64,000 nucleotides of DNA from Minisyncoccota bacterium (GCA_028687715.1 JAQTZP010000002.1:20038-84037); one strand, 5' to 3'; numbered from the stretch's first letter, positions 37,658 to 47,488 are shown. Notes: generated by a model from the letters alone, not told the origin. Made by a program: numbers and translations.

Positions 37658-38701
37658 TTATGCGCTTTTTGATTTTAATGCCGGATTAACGATGTATGTT
37701 CCATCAGGCCTTCTTACAAACCAATTCCTATCTGAAAGATTAAGAAAAACCGTATTCTCTTTAACAAATCTCTGGGCTAAAACCCCTTTTATAATATCAT
37801 CTTTAGGCAAAGGTTTTTCAGCCTTATTTAGGACTTTTAATATTACTTCTTTGACAATTCCAGACTCGTAGCCCCATTCCTTCAGACCGTAAAGCCCTCT
37901 GCCGACTAAAATAAATCTCGGGTCTTTAATCAGTTCGTTGTGAACAGTAGCGGTATGAATCTTATTCTTTGAAAAATAAGGGGAGTTCTTTATTAATTCA
38001 GCAACTTCGCTGAAATGAAGGCATTTGCCCTGTTTCTTTAAAACTAAATAAGCTTTATCCTTAATCCCCTTAGGATTAATTTCCACCCATTCTTTGAATC
38101 CAAACTTGCCTTCGGGATTCCTTCTGATTACTTTTGAAATCTCTATATATGAATTGAAAATATCCTTATCTATATCTCTGTTTAAAGCTTTAAAAATATC
38201 AGTGTTTTCTGATTCAAAAAGCTCGTCTAAATCAAGGGGATTTCTTTCTGATTTCAGCTTCTTCATTGTTAAATCAATCACTTTCTTGGCAGAATTTAAT
38301 ATATCTTTATCTTTGGCCCAGTAAGGATAATAGTTCTTGTCTTCTGAATATCTTTTAAAATCATCAGACAGAGTTAAAAGAAAGAATATCTGATTCCTTA
38401 ATTTTCCTTCACCAAGATAATCAAGTAGGGATTCTTCTTTTTTCAATCCCCCGAATTTCTCAATAGCATCGTTAAAATGTATAAATACATTATTAAAATT
38501 GTTTTTCCTCTCGCGTATCTTAACCAAGGCTTCATTTTCAATCTGACGAACTCTTTCTCTTGTAACTCCATAGCTTTTACCGATTAAATCTAAAGTCTCG
38601 GGACTGCTTTTTAATCCAAAGCGTCTTTTTACAATATCTTTAGCTCTGGGCGAGAGGTCCTTTAATAATGTTGAACAAATCTGCTGATAGTTAAAATTCA
38701 T
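37658..38701 (-). CDS. sigma-70 region-4-like HTH + HARE-HTH-like DNA-binding protein
   Basis: N-terminal SPRAKDIVKRRFGL...SYGVTRERVRQIENEALVKIR (region 4). C-terminal LHFSEVAELI...TVHNELIKDPRFILVGRGLYGLKEW looks HARE-HTH-like. Confidence 0.65.
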   Translation of the reverse strand: MNFNYQQICSTLLKDLSPRAKDIVKRRFGLKSSPETLDLIGKSYGVTRERVRQIENEALVKIRERKNNFNNVFIHFNDAIEKFGGLKKEESLLDYLGEGKLRNQIFFLLTLSDDFKRYSEDKNYYPYWAKDKDILNSAKKVIDLTMKKLKSERNPLDLDELFESENTDIFKALNRDIDKDIFNSYIEISKVIRRNPEGKFGFKEWVEINPKGIKDKAYLVLKKQGKCLHFSEVAELIKNSPYFSKNKIHTATVHNELIKDPRFILVGRGLYGLKEWGYESGIVKEVILKVLNKAEKPLPKDDIIKGVLAQRFVKENTVFLNLSDRNWFVRRPDGTYIVNPALKSKSA

Positions 38702-38779
38702 ATTGTTTTAATGAGTTATTTAGATATTAACAATGTTTATTTATTTAAACACTTTTTATAGATAATATCAAGTGAATAA

Positions 38780-39667
38780 CTATCTTTTTTCTCTGAACTT
38801 AAACCAAGAAATTAAAATTGAGTTTGCTAAAAAGATAGAAGAGTATATTCCTGCTAAAATTCCAAGACTTAAAGCCAAAGAAAAGTATTTCAAAGTCTGG
38901 CCGCCAAAAAGAAATATAGCCATGCTCCCAAAAAGAGTTGTCAAGCCGGTATTAACCTGCCTGGAAAGAGTCTGAGCGATGCTCGTATTAATAACATCTT
39001 CAAAAAACCCTCCTCTTTTTAAAAGGTTTTCCCTGATTCTGTCAAAGACAACTACGGTGTTATTGATTGAATAACCTAAAATTGTTAAAAAGGCGGCAAC
39101 TATAGGTATTGAAATCTCAATATTGTATATCCTCCCTAAAATTGAAAAAACCGAAAGAGGAATTAAAATGTCAAACAAAAGATTAAAAAGGCTGCCAATG
39201 CCGTAATACCAGGAGCTGAGCGGCCTCTGTATCCTTCTAAAAGCCAATGCGATATATATAACTATTGCGAATAAGCTGAGGATTACAACAAGATAGGTTT
39301 TATCTTTAAGCTCTTTCCCTATAGAAGGTCCTATTGTCTCAAATCTCTCTTTTACTATTTCGCTTCCTGATAAACTAAGCTTGGAAATTATTTGCTGGAC
39401 TGCTTCTTCATTTATATCCTTCATCTTTAAAATAACTCCCTTATCCCCGATTGATTGAACCGAAACAGAGCCTAAGTCCAAGCCGCTCAACTCTGTCAGT
39501 ATCTGCGGGTTTGAAGGCCTGTCTTTTTTATAGCTTAACTCTAAAATACTTCCTCCGGTAAAATCTATTGAAAGCTTCAGTCCGAAAACAAGCACAAAAA
39601 CAATGCTTAAAATAATCAATAAACCAGAGAAAACCAGGTAAATTTTTCTATACTTCATTAAATTCAT
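38780..39667 (-). CDS. secF: protein translocase subunit SecF
   Basis: SecDF-family C-terminal 6-TM module. I place the start at ATG 39667 (MNLMKYRK), just after the secD stop. The track ORF extends to 39712. Confidence 0.88.
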   Translation of the reverse strand: MNLMKYRKIYLVFSGLLIILSIVFVLVFGLKLSIDFTGGSILELSYKKDRPSNPQILTELSGLDLGSVSVQSIGDKGVILKMKDINEEAVQQIISKLSLSGSEIVKERFETIGPSIGKELKDKTYLVVILSLFAIVIYIALAFRRIQRPLSSWYYGIGSLFNLLFDILIPLSVFSILGRIYNIEISIPIVAAFLTILGYSINNTVVVFDRIRENLLKRGGFFEDVINTSIAQTLSRQVNTGLTTLFGSMAIFLFGGQTLKYFSLALSLGILAGIYSSIFLANSILISWFKFREKR

Positions 39668-39668
39668 A

Positions 39669-41102
39669 TTATTGCCAAAGCCAGGAAACATTTTCAAACT
39701 TTGTTCCCGCAAAGATTTTTAACATATTTCTTGTTATGAAAATGGCAGAAAACATGCTTAAGACAACCCCGATGCTTAATGTAAGGGCAAATCCTTTAAC
39801 AAAGCTTGTTCCGAACCAGAAGAATATAAAGGCTACGATTAAGGTAGTAAGATTTCCGTCCCGAATAGAGAGCCAGCTCCGCCTGAAACCCTCTTCCAGG
39901 CAAACATTAAAGCTTTTTCTCTCCTTCAATTCCTCCCTCATTCTTGAGAAAATCAATACATTGGCATCAACCGCCATTCCTATTGAAAGAATAAAGCCTC
40001 CTATGCCTGCTAATGTCAGAGTGACTGGAATTAGCTTAATAATGGATAGAAATATAATTACGTAGATTAAGAGAGCAAAAGAGGCTAAAATCCCTGGCAA
40101 ACGATAAAAGATAATCATAAAGATAATAACTGCTAAAAAACCAAATATCCCCGCTCTTAAAGACCTTGAAAGAGAAACCTTGCCCAAGCTGGGACCGATG
40201 GTCTCTTGGAATATAGGAGCTCCTATCTTAACAGGAAGAGCCCCTGAATTAAGTCTGCTGACTATTTCTCTGGCTTTCTCTATATCCATTTCTCCGGTAA
40301 TTACTGCTTTGCCTCCTTCTATTTTTTCTTTAACAACTGGAGCATAAATATCATTTGGAGTAATCTCTTCATCTCCGTCGGTATCTACGATTGAAAGTCC
40401 GTCTAAGAAAATTCCAAGCGGTTTGCCAACGTTTCTTGAAGTAATATCGGAAAAAAGTTTAGTTCCTTCGCTGTTGAAAACAAGCTCTATTTGAACCTTG
40501 CTTGTTGTCTGGTCAAAAGCAATATTTGCTTGTTTTAAATACTCTCCTGTTAATTCTGTAGTTTTAAAAATGCCTGAAGTAAGCATATCAATCACTTCTT
40601 CTCTTGTTATATCCTCTCCTGTCTGGCTTCTATACAAATCCATTGTATTTAAAATCTCTTCTTCAGATATAGTTTCAGCCAGCTTCTGTTTTTCTTCATC
40701 GGATAAAAGCTCTTTAAATTCAAGGTAAGGAGTCTCCCCTATCATCTTTATGGCTTCATTTACATCTTTGACGCCTGCTAATTCTACAATCAGCCTGTTT
40801 TCTCCCTGGATCTGGACAACCGGCTCTGAAACTCCGAATATATTTACCCTTCTTTCAATTAAATCTTTAAGCTGCTCCATTTTTTGAGATTTGTCGCTGT
40901 CTGAAATATCGGATAAATCAGCCTGATAGATAAGCTGGGTGCCTCCTTGGAGATCAAGGCCCAATCTAAAGGGAACCTTCATAAATTCAGGAACGTGAAA
41001 ACCCAATTTATTGTCAAATTGTTCTGGAAGGATTAAGACAAGTCCGAATATGCTGATTATTAAAATCCCGGCTAAAATTAAAAAACTCCTCTTTTTGTCC
41101 AT
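39669..41102 (-). CDS. secD: protein translocase subunit SecD
   Basis: 477 aa with a periplasmic P1 domain followed by a 6-TM SecDF module. Confidence 0.9.
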   Translation of the reverse strand: MDKKRSFLILAGILIISIFGLVLILPEQFDNKLGFHVPEFMKVPFRLGLDLQGGTQLIYQADLSDISDSDKSQKMEQLKDLIERRVNIFGVSEPVVQIQGENRLIVELAGVKDVNEAIKMIGETPYLEFKELLSDEEKQKLAETISEEEILNTMDLYRSQTGEDITREEVIDMLTSGIFKTTELTGEYLKQANIAFDQTTSKVQIELVFNSEGTKLFSDITSRNVGKPLGIFLDGLSIVDTDGDEEITPNDIYAPVVKEKIEGGKAVITGEMDIEKAREIVSRLNSGALPVKIGAPIFQETIGPSLGKVSLSRSLRAGIFGFLAVIIFMIIFYRLPGILASFALLIYVIIFLSIIKLIPVTLTLAGIGGFILSIGMAVDANVLIFSRMREELKERKSFNVCLEEGFRRSWLSIRDGNLTTLIVAFIFFWFGTSFVKGFALTLSIGVVLSMFSAIFITRNMLKIFAGTKFENVSWLWQ

Positions 41103-41136
41103 TGTATTAATTTTTCTAACTATAACACAAATTATT

Positions 41137-41793
41137 CTAAGTTAAAAGAGCTGAAACAATGCCGACTAAAAATATACCGTCAAACACTCCAGCCCCTCCT
41201 ATGGAAATCAATCCTGGATTAAGCCTTATGGCTTTTCTTAAATTTAGAATATCAGCGCCTATTAAGGTTCCCAAGACTCCTGATATAAAGGCGCAGGCTG
41301 CTGAAAAACCCGGGGCAAAGATAAAAGAAAATCCCAGGGATAAAAAAGGAGGAATCAAAGCCGGAATAACTATTCCTTTATCAGGAACTATCCTTGCTAA
41401 AAACTTCATAGCCAGAGCGGTAAAAAAAACAGCGCCTAAAACAGGCTGCCAGCTCACTTTAAAAAGAAGATAAAGAGAAACTATAACCGGTATTAAGGCG
41501 CCTCCGACATTCACCGCCACCCCGGAAGTTCTTAATCTCTTTGTTTTAAAGAAGCTTAAAAATGACCTTTCTTCGGTATAAAAAAGCTTTTTTCTTGTAA
41601 TGGGTATGTTTATAACAGAGCCCATAAGCATGAACATAATGATTATTATAGTAATTTCAGAAGAAAATCCAAGCTTTTCAAAACCTGTTGTGACTATCTC
41701 AAAATAGCCGAGCATCAATAAAAACGGGATGAATAAAATGAAAAGAATGAAAAGAAAAATGCTTATTGGAAAAAAAATCATAGATATTGACAA
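41137..41793 (-). CDS. DUF1614-like polytopic membrane protein
   Basis: 218 aa. VNVGGALIP and GTLIGADILN are typical of DUF1614. Confidence 0.6.
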   Translation of the reverse strand: MSISMIFFPISIFLFILFILFIPFLLMLGYFEIVTTGFEKLGFSSEITIIIIMFMLMGSVINIPITRKKLFYTEERSFLSFFKTKRLRTSGVAVNVGGALIPVIVSLYLLFKVSWQPVLGAVFFTALAMKFLARIVPDKGIVIPALIPPFLSLGFSFIFAPGFSAACAFISGVLGTLIGADILNLRKAIRLNPGLISIGGAGVFDGIFLVGIVSALLT

Positions 41794-41853
41794 ATTATTA
41801 TATAAATACTATAAATATCCTGCGACTCTAACCCTTTTTAGAAGGAGGAAAGA

Positions 41854-42144
41854 ATGAGTCAAGCAGTTCAAAAAACAAAAGGGTTAATTGTTTTTTTAGG
41901 CACATTGCAAATTACAGGAATCGCATTGTTTGTTACAGCGATTCTTGACCATAAGTACGGCTATGATATTTTTCTGCCTTCTGTCTGGGCTTTAATAGCC
42001 CTTTCAGGCTTTATTACGGTAGCGAAGTTCTTTCTCTTAGCAACAGAACAATACGGAATTAACAGATTTATCGTCCGGCTCTTTGGCGCAATGCTCGGAG
42101 CTGTTATGATAATGATATCTGTCATTGTTCTTCAGGGCGGTTGA
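41854..42144 (+). CDS. small membrane protein, unknown
   Basis: 96 aa with three hydrophobic helices, a strong GAAGGAGG Shine-Dalgarno and its own terminator. Confidence 0.55.
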   Translation: MSQAVQKTKGLIVFLGTLQITGIALFVTAILDHKYGYDIFLPSVWALIALSGFITVAKFFLLATEQYGINRFIVRLFGAMLGAVMIMISVIVLQGG

Positions 42145-42168
42145 AAATAGGGTTTAATTTACTGCATT

Positions 42169-42197
42169 CGCTCACTTTTATTGGGGTGAGCGTTTTT
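42169..42197 (+). terminator. intrinsic terminator
   Basis: CGCTCAC-loop-GTGAGCG followed by TTTTT. Confidence 0.7.
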
Positions 42198-42198
42198 A

Positions 42199-42522
42199 TT
42201 ACTTCCTTATACACAGCATAAAAGGCATAAAATATCTTTCTAAATCTTTAAGCGAAGTATTGTATTGTTTGTCATTTTCTACAGCGCATAAGAATAATTC
42301 TCTTAATCTCGCTATCTCATACAATCTGCCTTTCCATCGCTTATCTTCTAAAGTTAAATCAAAAAGCTCCAAAGCTCTTAAAACTGCACCCTCAAAAATC
42401 TTAGGGTCTTTATTCTGCCACTTAGCCGCTCTGCCAACTTCTGCCCCTATATTAGCAAACTGCTCTGCTAAAGAAAGCTTATTCCATTTGCCACAAGCTA
42501 AATCTTTATGAAGATAACCCAT
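42199..42522 (-). CDS. hypothetical 107-aa helical protein
   Basis: Clean ORF 5 nt downstream of the DUF5674-like gene. No motif recognised. Confidence 0.5.
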   Translation of the reverse strand: MGYLHKDLACGKWNKLSLAEQFANIGAEVGRAAKWQNKDPKIFEGAVLRALELFDLTLEDKRWKGRLYEIARLRELFLCAVENDKQYNTSLKDLERYFMPFMLCIRK

Positions 42523-42527
42523 ATTTA

Positions 42528-42878
42528 TTAAAGAATTAATTTGTCTACTATTTCTATTATCTTTTTTTTAATTTCTGGATTTTCAACATTGCGGGTACGA
42601 TTTTGATAGGATGGTTTAATATTTATAACGGAATCAAATTCAATCATTTCGTCTCTTGGTTTATCAACATATATATTTATACCCCACGTATCTTCTCTTT
42701 TTGAATCATAGTTTTCGCTAAGTAAAACTTCTTCGTCTGCATGAAGTTCTCCGCCTACTGCCATAACTTCTTTTCTTATATCAACCACTACTTTCACTAA
42801 ATCACCAAATCGCTCTTCCGCTATTTCTTTAAGCCTCAATCTCGTTATTGGTTTTTTAATTATATAAATTTTTAACAT
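42528..42878 (-). CDS. DUF5674-like protein
   Basis: 116 aa. LKEIAEERFGDLVKVVVDIRKEVMAVGGELHADEE resembles the DUF5674 family as I recall it. Confidence 0.55.
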   Translation of the reverse strand: MLKIYIIKKPITRLRLKEIAEERFGDLVKVVVDIRKEVMAVGGELHADEEVLLSENYDSKREDTWGINIYVDKPRDEMIEFDSVINIKPSYQNRTRNVENPEIKKKIIEIVDKLIL

Positions 42879-42973
42879 AGTGATTTTTACTTCTCTATAA
42901 TTAATATAATATCCTCTTTATTATTTATTTACTGCCATGACACCTTTTCTACTTATTAGCTGAACCTCATGGA

Positions 42974-43438
42974 TTATACTTCTTTGACTTCTGATAACTC
43001 TTTCTCAAGAATAACATCTGATTCTCCAAACAAGAATTTCCCTTTGAACATCTTATTATCCAAAAATAACGGCATCCAGTATATATCATCTGGCCACATC
43101 TCTTTGAATGGAATTTCATCAACATGGAACCATTGCGGTTTCATTTCCTCGCTTTCCTTTGGTTCTCCTGAAAATTTCTCGGACTTGAAAATATGAACTT
43201 CTAGAATTTCTAGATTGTCCTTAAATTCAAACTCTATGACTCCAACTTTATTCATACAATCAGTTTCTATTCCGGCTTCTTCTCGAAGCTCTCTTTTTGC
43301 CGCATCCTCTACCGTTTCGTCTGGAGAAACTTTCCCGCCAAACCCGTTCCACCGCCCTGCCCCAAATCCACGCTTTTTCATCCCAAGCAGTATTCTCGGA
43401 TGCTGATGAATTATGGTAAGTGTTAGTAACTTTTTCAT
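42974..43438 (-). CDS. NUDIX hydrolase (MutT/MTH1-like)
   Basis: Nudix box GGKVSPDETVEDAAKRELREEAGI. I place the start at ATG 43438, with GGGAGATGAG just upstream. The longer track ORF would overlap secA. Confidence 0.88.
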   Translation of the reverse strand: MKKLLTLTIIHQHPRILLGMKKRGFGAGRWNGFGGKVSPDETVEDAAKRELREEAGIETDCMNKVGVIEFEFKDNLEILEVHIFKSEKFSGEPKESEEMKPQWFHVDEIPFKEMWPDDIYWMPLFLDNKMFKGKFLFGESDVILEKELSEVKEV

Positions 43439-43442
43439 ATTC

Positions 43443-45887
43443 TCATCTCCCGTGGCACTTTTTATACTTCTTCCCGCTTCCGCAGGGACAAGGATCATTT
43501 CTTCCTACTTTTTGCTTTCCAATTAAAGCATTATTCGGCTTTTCATAGTACTGCTTATTATCCTGTTTTTTAAACTCTGTCTTTATAATATAATTTGCAA
43601 TGATATTCTCAATATCGTCCAACAGCTGTTTAAACATTCTATGACCCTCTCTTTTATATTCTACCAGAGGATCCTGTTGTCCGTAAGCCCTTAAGCTCAC
43701 TGAATCCCTTAAATAATTCATATTCTCTAAATGCTCTGTCCAGATATCATCAAAAACCTTAAGGCAGACAAACCTCTCAACCTCCTTGATATTCTCTTCT
43801 CCTAGTTCCTTTTCTTTCTTTAGATAATCATCTTCATTAAATCCAGCTTTTTTAATTATCTCTATTAGATATGTCCTTAAACTATCTACATCACTTCTTT
43901 CTTTTTGAGCTTTCTCAAGAATCTCTCTCCTCTTTTTATAAAACACCTCCCTATGTTTATTCATAACATCATCATATTCAAGGATATGCTTTCTCAGGTC
44001 AAAATTCATTCCTTCTATTTTTGACTGGGCTGATTCAATGGCTTTAGAAACCATACCTGCTTCAATAGGCTGATTGTCAGGTATTTTTAATGTTTCCATT
44101 AGAGACTTTATTCTGTCTCCGCCAAAAACTCTCATTAAGTCATCCTCTAAAGATACAAAGAACTGGGAAGAGCCTGGATCGCCTTGCCTACCGCTCCTTC
44201 CTCTTAGCTGATTGTCAATTCTTCTTGCTTCGTGCCTTTCTGTTCCTATGACATATAGCCCTCCAAGCTCAATAACCCTTCTTTGTTCATCTACCTCAAA
44301 AGGATTGCCTCCCAAGATTATATCAACCCCTCTGCCAGCCATATTGGTTGCAATAGTCACTGATTTTAATTTCCCAGCCTGAGCAATTATCTCTCCTTCT
44401 TTTTCATGATGCTTGGCATTTAAAACCTGATGAGAAATTCCTTCTCTTTCAAGAAGTTTTGAAAGATATTCATTCTTCTCAATAGACACAGTGCCTACCA
44501 GTACCGGCTGGCCCTTTTGATGCCTTTGTTTAATTTCATTGACAACTGCCCTAAACTTAGCTTCCAGATTCTTGTAAACTCTATCTGGCAAATCCTTTCT
44601 TACCATCAGCTTGTTAGTGGGAACAGCCACTGCGTCTAATTTGTAAACCTTATCAAATTCTTCGGCAGAAGTTGAAGCAGTGCCGGTCATGCCTGCCAGC
44701 TTTTTATACATCCTGAAATAGTTTTGGAAAGTAATGGTAGCTAAGGTTTTTGATTCTTCTTGAACCTTTAATCCTTCTTTTGCCTCTATTGCCTGATGAA
44801 TCCCTAAAGACCAGCGCCTGCCGGGCATCAATCTTCCTGTAAACTCATCTACTATGATAATCTGGCCGTCTTTTATCACATAATGATGGTCTCGCTTGAA
44901 AAAGGTCTTTGCCTTTAGAGCCGCTTCAAGCTGATGAGTAGTTGAAATATCATTTTCTGACCAGGGATCAGAACCTAAGCTTTTTACAATTTTATTCTGT
45001 CCATTTTCGGTAAAAGCGGCTGTTTTAGTTTTTTCATCAACAGTATAGTCCTGAACTTCCTTAAGCGCAGATATTAGCCTTGCAAACTGATAATACTTTT
45101 GGGTTGACTCTTTGTAAGGAACTGAGATTATCAAGGGAGTTCTTGCCTCATCAATTAAAATAGAATCAACTTCGTCAATAATTGCGTAATTGAATCCGCG
45201 CTGAACCCTATCATTTAAATTATAGAGCATATTATCTTTTAAATAATCAAAAGCAAATTCATTGTTTGTTCCGTAAGTTATATCAGCAGAATAAGCTTCT
45301 TTCCTTGAAACAGGCCTTAAATAGCTCTTTACAACTTTAAATCCTCCTACGATATCTCTTTCTTTGTCTTCATCCTGCTCTGCTTTATAATCCGGATCAT
45401 ATATGTAGGAGGCATCGTGAACTATGCATCCTACAGACAAGCCCAATGAGTTGTAAATCTGGCCCATCCAAACAGCATCTCTTTCAGCCAGATAATCATT
45501 TATAGTAATTAAATGAACGCCTTTTTCTTCCAAGGCGTTTAAGCAGACGGCTAAAGTTGAAGTAAGAGTTTTTCCTTCGCCGGTTTTCATCTCAGCAATC
45601 TTGCCTTGATGAAGGACGAATCCGCCGATAAGCTGAACATCAAAATGCCTTTGGGAAAGATTCCTTTTCGCAGCTTCCCTTACCAGCGCGAATGCTTCAA
45701 AAGAAATATCGTCTAAAGTTTCTCCTTTTTTAAGCCTTTGTTTAAACTCAGAAGTTTTTTCTTTTAATTCCTTGTCTGAAAGCTTTTCAAAATCATGTTC
45801 GAAAGAATTTACTTTATTTAATTTGGGCTCAAGGCTTTTTAAATATTTCTTTTCAGCATTAGGAAAAATCTTTGTAAAAATAGACAT
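43443..45887 (-). CDS. secA: preprotein translocase ATPase SecA
   Basis: 814 aa. DEAD-like motor motifs ([22 protein letters not shown]) and the C-terminal zinc site [13 protein letters not shown]. Confidence 0.97.
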   Translation of the reverse strand: MSIFTKIFPNAEKKYLKSLEPKLNKVNSFEHDFEKLSDKELKEKTSEFKQRLKKGETLDDISFEAFALVREAAKRNLSQRHFDVQLIGGFVLHQGKIAEMKTGEGKTLTSTLAVCLNALEEKGVHLITINDYLAERDAVWMGQIYNSLGLSVGCIVHDASYIYDPDYKAEQDEDKERDIVGGFKVVKSYLRPVSRKEAYSADITYGTNNEFAFDYLKDNMLYNLNDRVQRGFNYAIIDEVDSILIDEARTPLIISVPYKESTQKYYQFARLISALKEVQDYTVDEKTKTAAFTENGQNKIVKSLGSDPWSENDISTTHQLEAALKAKTFFKRDHHYVIKDGQIIIVDEFTGRLMPGRRWSLGIHQAIEAKEGLKVQEESKTLATITFQNYFRMYKKLAGMTGTASTSAEEFDKVYKLDAVAVPTNKLMVRKDLPDRVYKNLEAKFRAVVNEIKQRHQKGQPVLVGTVSIEKNEYLSKLLEREGISHQVLNAKHHEKEGEIIAQAGKLKSVTIATNMAGRGVDIILGGNPFEVDEQRRVIELGGLYVIGTERHEARRIDNQLRGRSGRQGDPGSSQFFVSLEDDLMRVFGGDRIKSLMETLKIPDNQPIEAGMVSKAIESAQSKIEGMNFDLRKHILEYDDVMNKHREVFYKKRREILEKAQKERSDVDSLRTYLIEIIKKAGFNEDDYLKKEKELGEENIKEVERFVCLKVFDDIWTEHLENMNYLRDSVSLRAYGQQDPLVEYKREGHRMFKQLLDDIENIIANYIIKTEFKKQDNKQYYEKPNNALIGKQKVGRNDPCPCGSGKKYKKCHGR

Positions 45888-45902
45888 ATAGGTTTTAATT
45901 AT

Positions 45903-45931
45903 ATAATATCTATATTTTCACTTTTTGTAAA
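45903..45931 (-). promoter_or_regulatory. candidate secA promoter TTTACA-N17-TATTAT
   Basis: Read on the minus strand. It would leave only a ~9-nt leader. AT-rich context makes false positives likely. Confidence 0.35.
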
Positions 45932-45992
45932 TAAAAATAATCCTGCCCCCATAGCCTATTGAATAAAATTCTGTCGGCTTTGGGGGCAGGAT
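45930..45992 (-). terminator. long-stem intrinsic terminator (probably ends the murB transcript)
   Basis: ATCCTGCCCCCA (45940-45951) pairs with TGGGGGCAGGAT (45981-45992), and an inner AGCC/GGCT pair extends the stem. A U-rich tail follows on the minus strand. Confidence 0.65.
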
Positions 45993-46228
45993 ACAAAAGA
46001 AGGAAAGATTATTTCTTCTTCTTTTTCTTTGCCTTTTTTTTAGCCATTTGTCTAAACTCAAATAGCGAAAAAAGATAAACTATTTGAGCTATTTATTTGG
46101 TTTTTAAATTAGGACAGATAGTCGACTGCTATCTGAAAATAATTTTGAAATTTTAAACTGCTCTCTTATTCTATTTTTTCACCTTAGAAATCTTTGTCAA
46201 GTGTGTAAAAATAAAAAATGATAAATTT

Positions 46229-47176
46229 TTATTCTATTATCTGAATTTCTTCTTTTAAAACTACTCCAAAAGTTTTTTTAACCCTTTCTTTTGCAAGTTT
46301 TATCAGGTCTTTTACATCCTTTGATTTTGCTTTGTTTAAATTGATTATAAAATTGGCATGCTTTTTTGAAAACTGAGCTCCTCCTATTTTTTTTCCTTTC
46401 AATCCGCACCTCTCTATCAAATAAGCAGAAGGAATTGCTCTTTTTTTATTCTGTTCTTCTAAATCAGGAAACTTTTTAAAAAGCCTTTTATCGGTTATCT
46501 TAATTTCCGGGTTTATAAAAACAGAACCAGCGCAGGGGTAGTCTAACGGATGCATTCTTTTTCTATGCCTTGTGTAATCTTTAATCTTTTCTTTAATTTC
46601 TTTTTTATTCCCTTTCTTTAATTTTAAAACAGCTGAAATTATTATTAAGTTTTTATTATTTTTAAAGATGCTGTTTTTTAAAGAAAAATTACACTCTTTC
46701 TTGGAAAAGTTTTTAATCTTGAAATCTCCTGTATCAAACGCCTTAGCGCTTTTTACCGAATCAGACATTCTGCTTCCAAACGCCTGAGCATTCCCAGATA
46801 CAGCTCCTCCCAAGGTCCCTGGAATCTTTACAGCCCATTCAAGACCAGTCAGAGAATTATCTAAAGCGAGTTCAACTAAGTCTTTTAAAAGAACGCCGGA
46901 TTCAGCTGATATCATATTGTTTTTACGCTTAATGCCTGACGTTTGGCATTTAATAACCATCCCCTTAAACCCTTTATCTGAAAATAAGGTATTGGAGCCT
47001 CCGCCTAAAATAAAAAACGGCGCTTTAAACTTTTTGGCCGTTTTAACCGCTTCAATCAACTCTTTTCTATTTTTAACTGTTAAAAAATAACGGCCGGGTC
47101 CGCCGATCTTAAAAGTAGTGTAATCTGCTAACAAAATATTCTCTTTTATTTTTGGAAGCTCTTTTTTTATACTCAT
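46229..47176 (-). CDS. murB: UDP-N-acetylenolpyruvoylglucosamine reductase MurB
   Basis: 315 aa with an FAD-binding PCMH-type N-terminus (TTFKIGGP, ILGGGSN) and a MurB C-terminal domain. Confidence 0.93.
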   Translation of the reverse strand: MSIKKELPKIKENILLADYTTFKIGGPGRYFLTVKNRKELIEAVKTAKKFKAPFFILGGGSNTLFSDKGFKGMVIKCQTSGIKRKNNMISAESGVLLKDLVELALDNSLTGLEWAVKIPGTLGGAVSGNAQAFGSRMSDSVKSAKAFDTGDFKIKNFSKKECNFSLKNSIFKNNKNLIIISAVLKLKKGNKKEIKEKIKDYTRHRKRMHPLDYPCAGSVFINPEIKITDKRLFKKFPDLEEQNKKRAIPSAYLIERCGLKGKKIGGAQFSKKHANFIINLNKAKSKDVKDLIKLAKERVKKTFGVVLKEEIQIIE

Positions 47177-47182
47177 TTAAAA

Positions 47183-47238
47183 GAGCCGGGAGAGTTAACT
47201 CCAATTCTAAGTCTTTTGTGAGTGCTGCCTCCCGACTC
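47183..47238 (-). promoter_or_regulatory. murB 5' leader hairpin (10-bp stem, 36-nt loop) ending 6 nt before the AUG
   Basis: Minus-strand RNA GAGUCGGGAG...CUCCCGGCUC-UUUUAA-AUG, with 9 of 10 stem pairs. Confidence 0.5.
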
Positions 47239-47244
47239 AATTTA

Positions 47245-47273
47245 ATTTTAAACTATCTTAAAAAATAAAGCAA
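47245..47273 (-). promoter_or_regulatory. candidate murB promoter TTGCTT-N17-TAAAAT
   Basis: The predicted start falls on the first G of the leader hairpin (about 47238). Confidence 0.4.
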
Positions 47274-47400
47274 ATGTATGTATAATAATACTTATTTTCG
47301 GACCCCATGAAGAAAATTAATGTCAATTGTTTTCGTTGCGGATTACTTCTCCTTTCATTGTAGCGTAAATTGCATGAGAGAGAGTTCGTTTTTCTACTGT

Positions 47401-47445
47401 AAAACAAAAGCCCTTTGCAAATCGTTGAGACGAAATGCAAAGGGC
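47401..47445 (-). terminator. intrinsic terminator of the GC-rich gene
   Basis: GCCCTTTGCA (47410-47419) pairs with TGCAAAGGGC (47436-47445). UUUUGUUUU follows on the minus strand. Confidence 0.7.
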
Positions 47446-47488
47446 TAAAAGTCCAAGGCCAAAGAGCAAAAGCTCAAAGTCCAAAGGA

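Noticed and set aside
42974-43498. The N-terminal 20-aa extension of the NUDIX ORF overlapping the secA 3' end.
   Set aside because: The internal ATG at 43438 is preceded by a GGGAGATGAG ribosome-binding site and gives a typical NUDIX N-terminus. The extension has no support.
47183-47238. A tRNA-like fragment as an integration-site relic next to the GC-rich island.
   Set aside because: It is only a 56-nt single hairpin, with no cloverleaf, no T-loop GTTCRA and no anticodon arm.
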